In this document: positions 63,515-64,000 of the stretch, piece by piece
Layout of the letters: each line of letters starts with the position of its first letter
Numbering within the stretch: the first letter of the stretch is position 1
NCBI RefSeq assembly: GCF_009914755.1
Contig: NC_060928.1
From: the human T2T-CHM13v2.0 reference genome, Homo sapiens
DNA length: 64,000 nt
Reading direction: 5' to 3' (one strand)
Translations under genes and position numbers: made by a program
The notes under the pieces: generated by a model
What the model was told of the DNA's origin: nothing
Databases searched by the model: none
What the model saw: the letters and a program-made list of their open reading frames with translations, nothing else

Positions 63515-63910
63515 TCACCCCCCTGCACTTGAACTATTGCAGTAGCCTCTTAAAGGCTTCCCTGCCTTCAGGCTTGTTTTCTCTCCTAAAGATTCTCCAT
63601 AATGTGACAAGAATGTTCTTTCTAAAGCAAAAATCTCCAGGTCACTCCCTTCTTACAACCGTTGAGTGACTTCCCATTGCTCCCAGGATAAAATTAGTAC
63701 TCCCCAGCATGGTGTCCAATGTCCTGTGAGCCGCATCTCTATCCACCCCACAATTCCTTTGCACTCCATACAATGCTGGGAACATGAACCTCTCTCTTAT
63801 CACCCACCTTAGCCCCTGCTTAGCCACGCCCTCTGCCTGCAATATTTTTTTTATTCCATTGTGCCTTACTCTCCATGCCTTTTCCCCAGCTGGCTAAATT
63901 CTGCTCCCTC
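63515..63910 (+). mobile_element. L2
   Basis: CTATTGCAGTAGCCTCTTAA...CTTTCTAAAGCAAAAATCT...CTTCCCATTGC. Confidence 0.65.
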
Positions 63911-64000
63911 ACCTTTTGTTTTGTTTGGTTTTTATTTTAAGACTGCATAGGTTTCTTCCCTTTTTTTTTTTTTTTAGTTTTTAAATAGACTTTATTTTTT

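Overview
Primate, almost certainly human, non-coding genomic DNA dominated by interspersed repeats. I find no intact protein-coding gene: the ORF-track hits are Alu-, L1-, LTR- or low-complexity-derived, or look like chance ORFs. Major elements are a defective HERV-W (HERV17/LTR17) provirus on the minus strand (37304-44790), an LTR12C (17684-19246) and a 5'-truncated L1PA (26799-28716). There are also about 35 Alus, many solo LTRs (MER41, MER4, MER21, MER34-group, MER51/57, LTR9/MER61, MLT1) and old L2, MIR and hAT fossils. The most notable signals lie outside the ORF track. (1) A degraded but clearly readable Ty3/Gypsy RNase H domain at about 7922-8287, whose apparent downstream continuation is interrupted by an L2. 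(2) A hAT-Blackjack transposase fossil beside it. (3) A rare SVA2 insertion with a 16-bp TSD (32824-32959). (4) A 36-nt flank shared by two Alus 49.5 kb apart. (5) A quasi-palindrome template-switch mutation inside an AluY. (6) An LTR12C without a TSD that joins two unrelated half-elements. (7) A second RNase H-like ORF in the HERV-W leader. (8) Three Alus stacked at one target site. Subfamily names are from recalled consensus sequences, not from a database search, and boundaries of old repeats are approximate.
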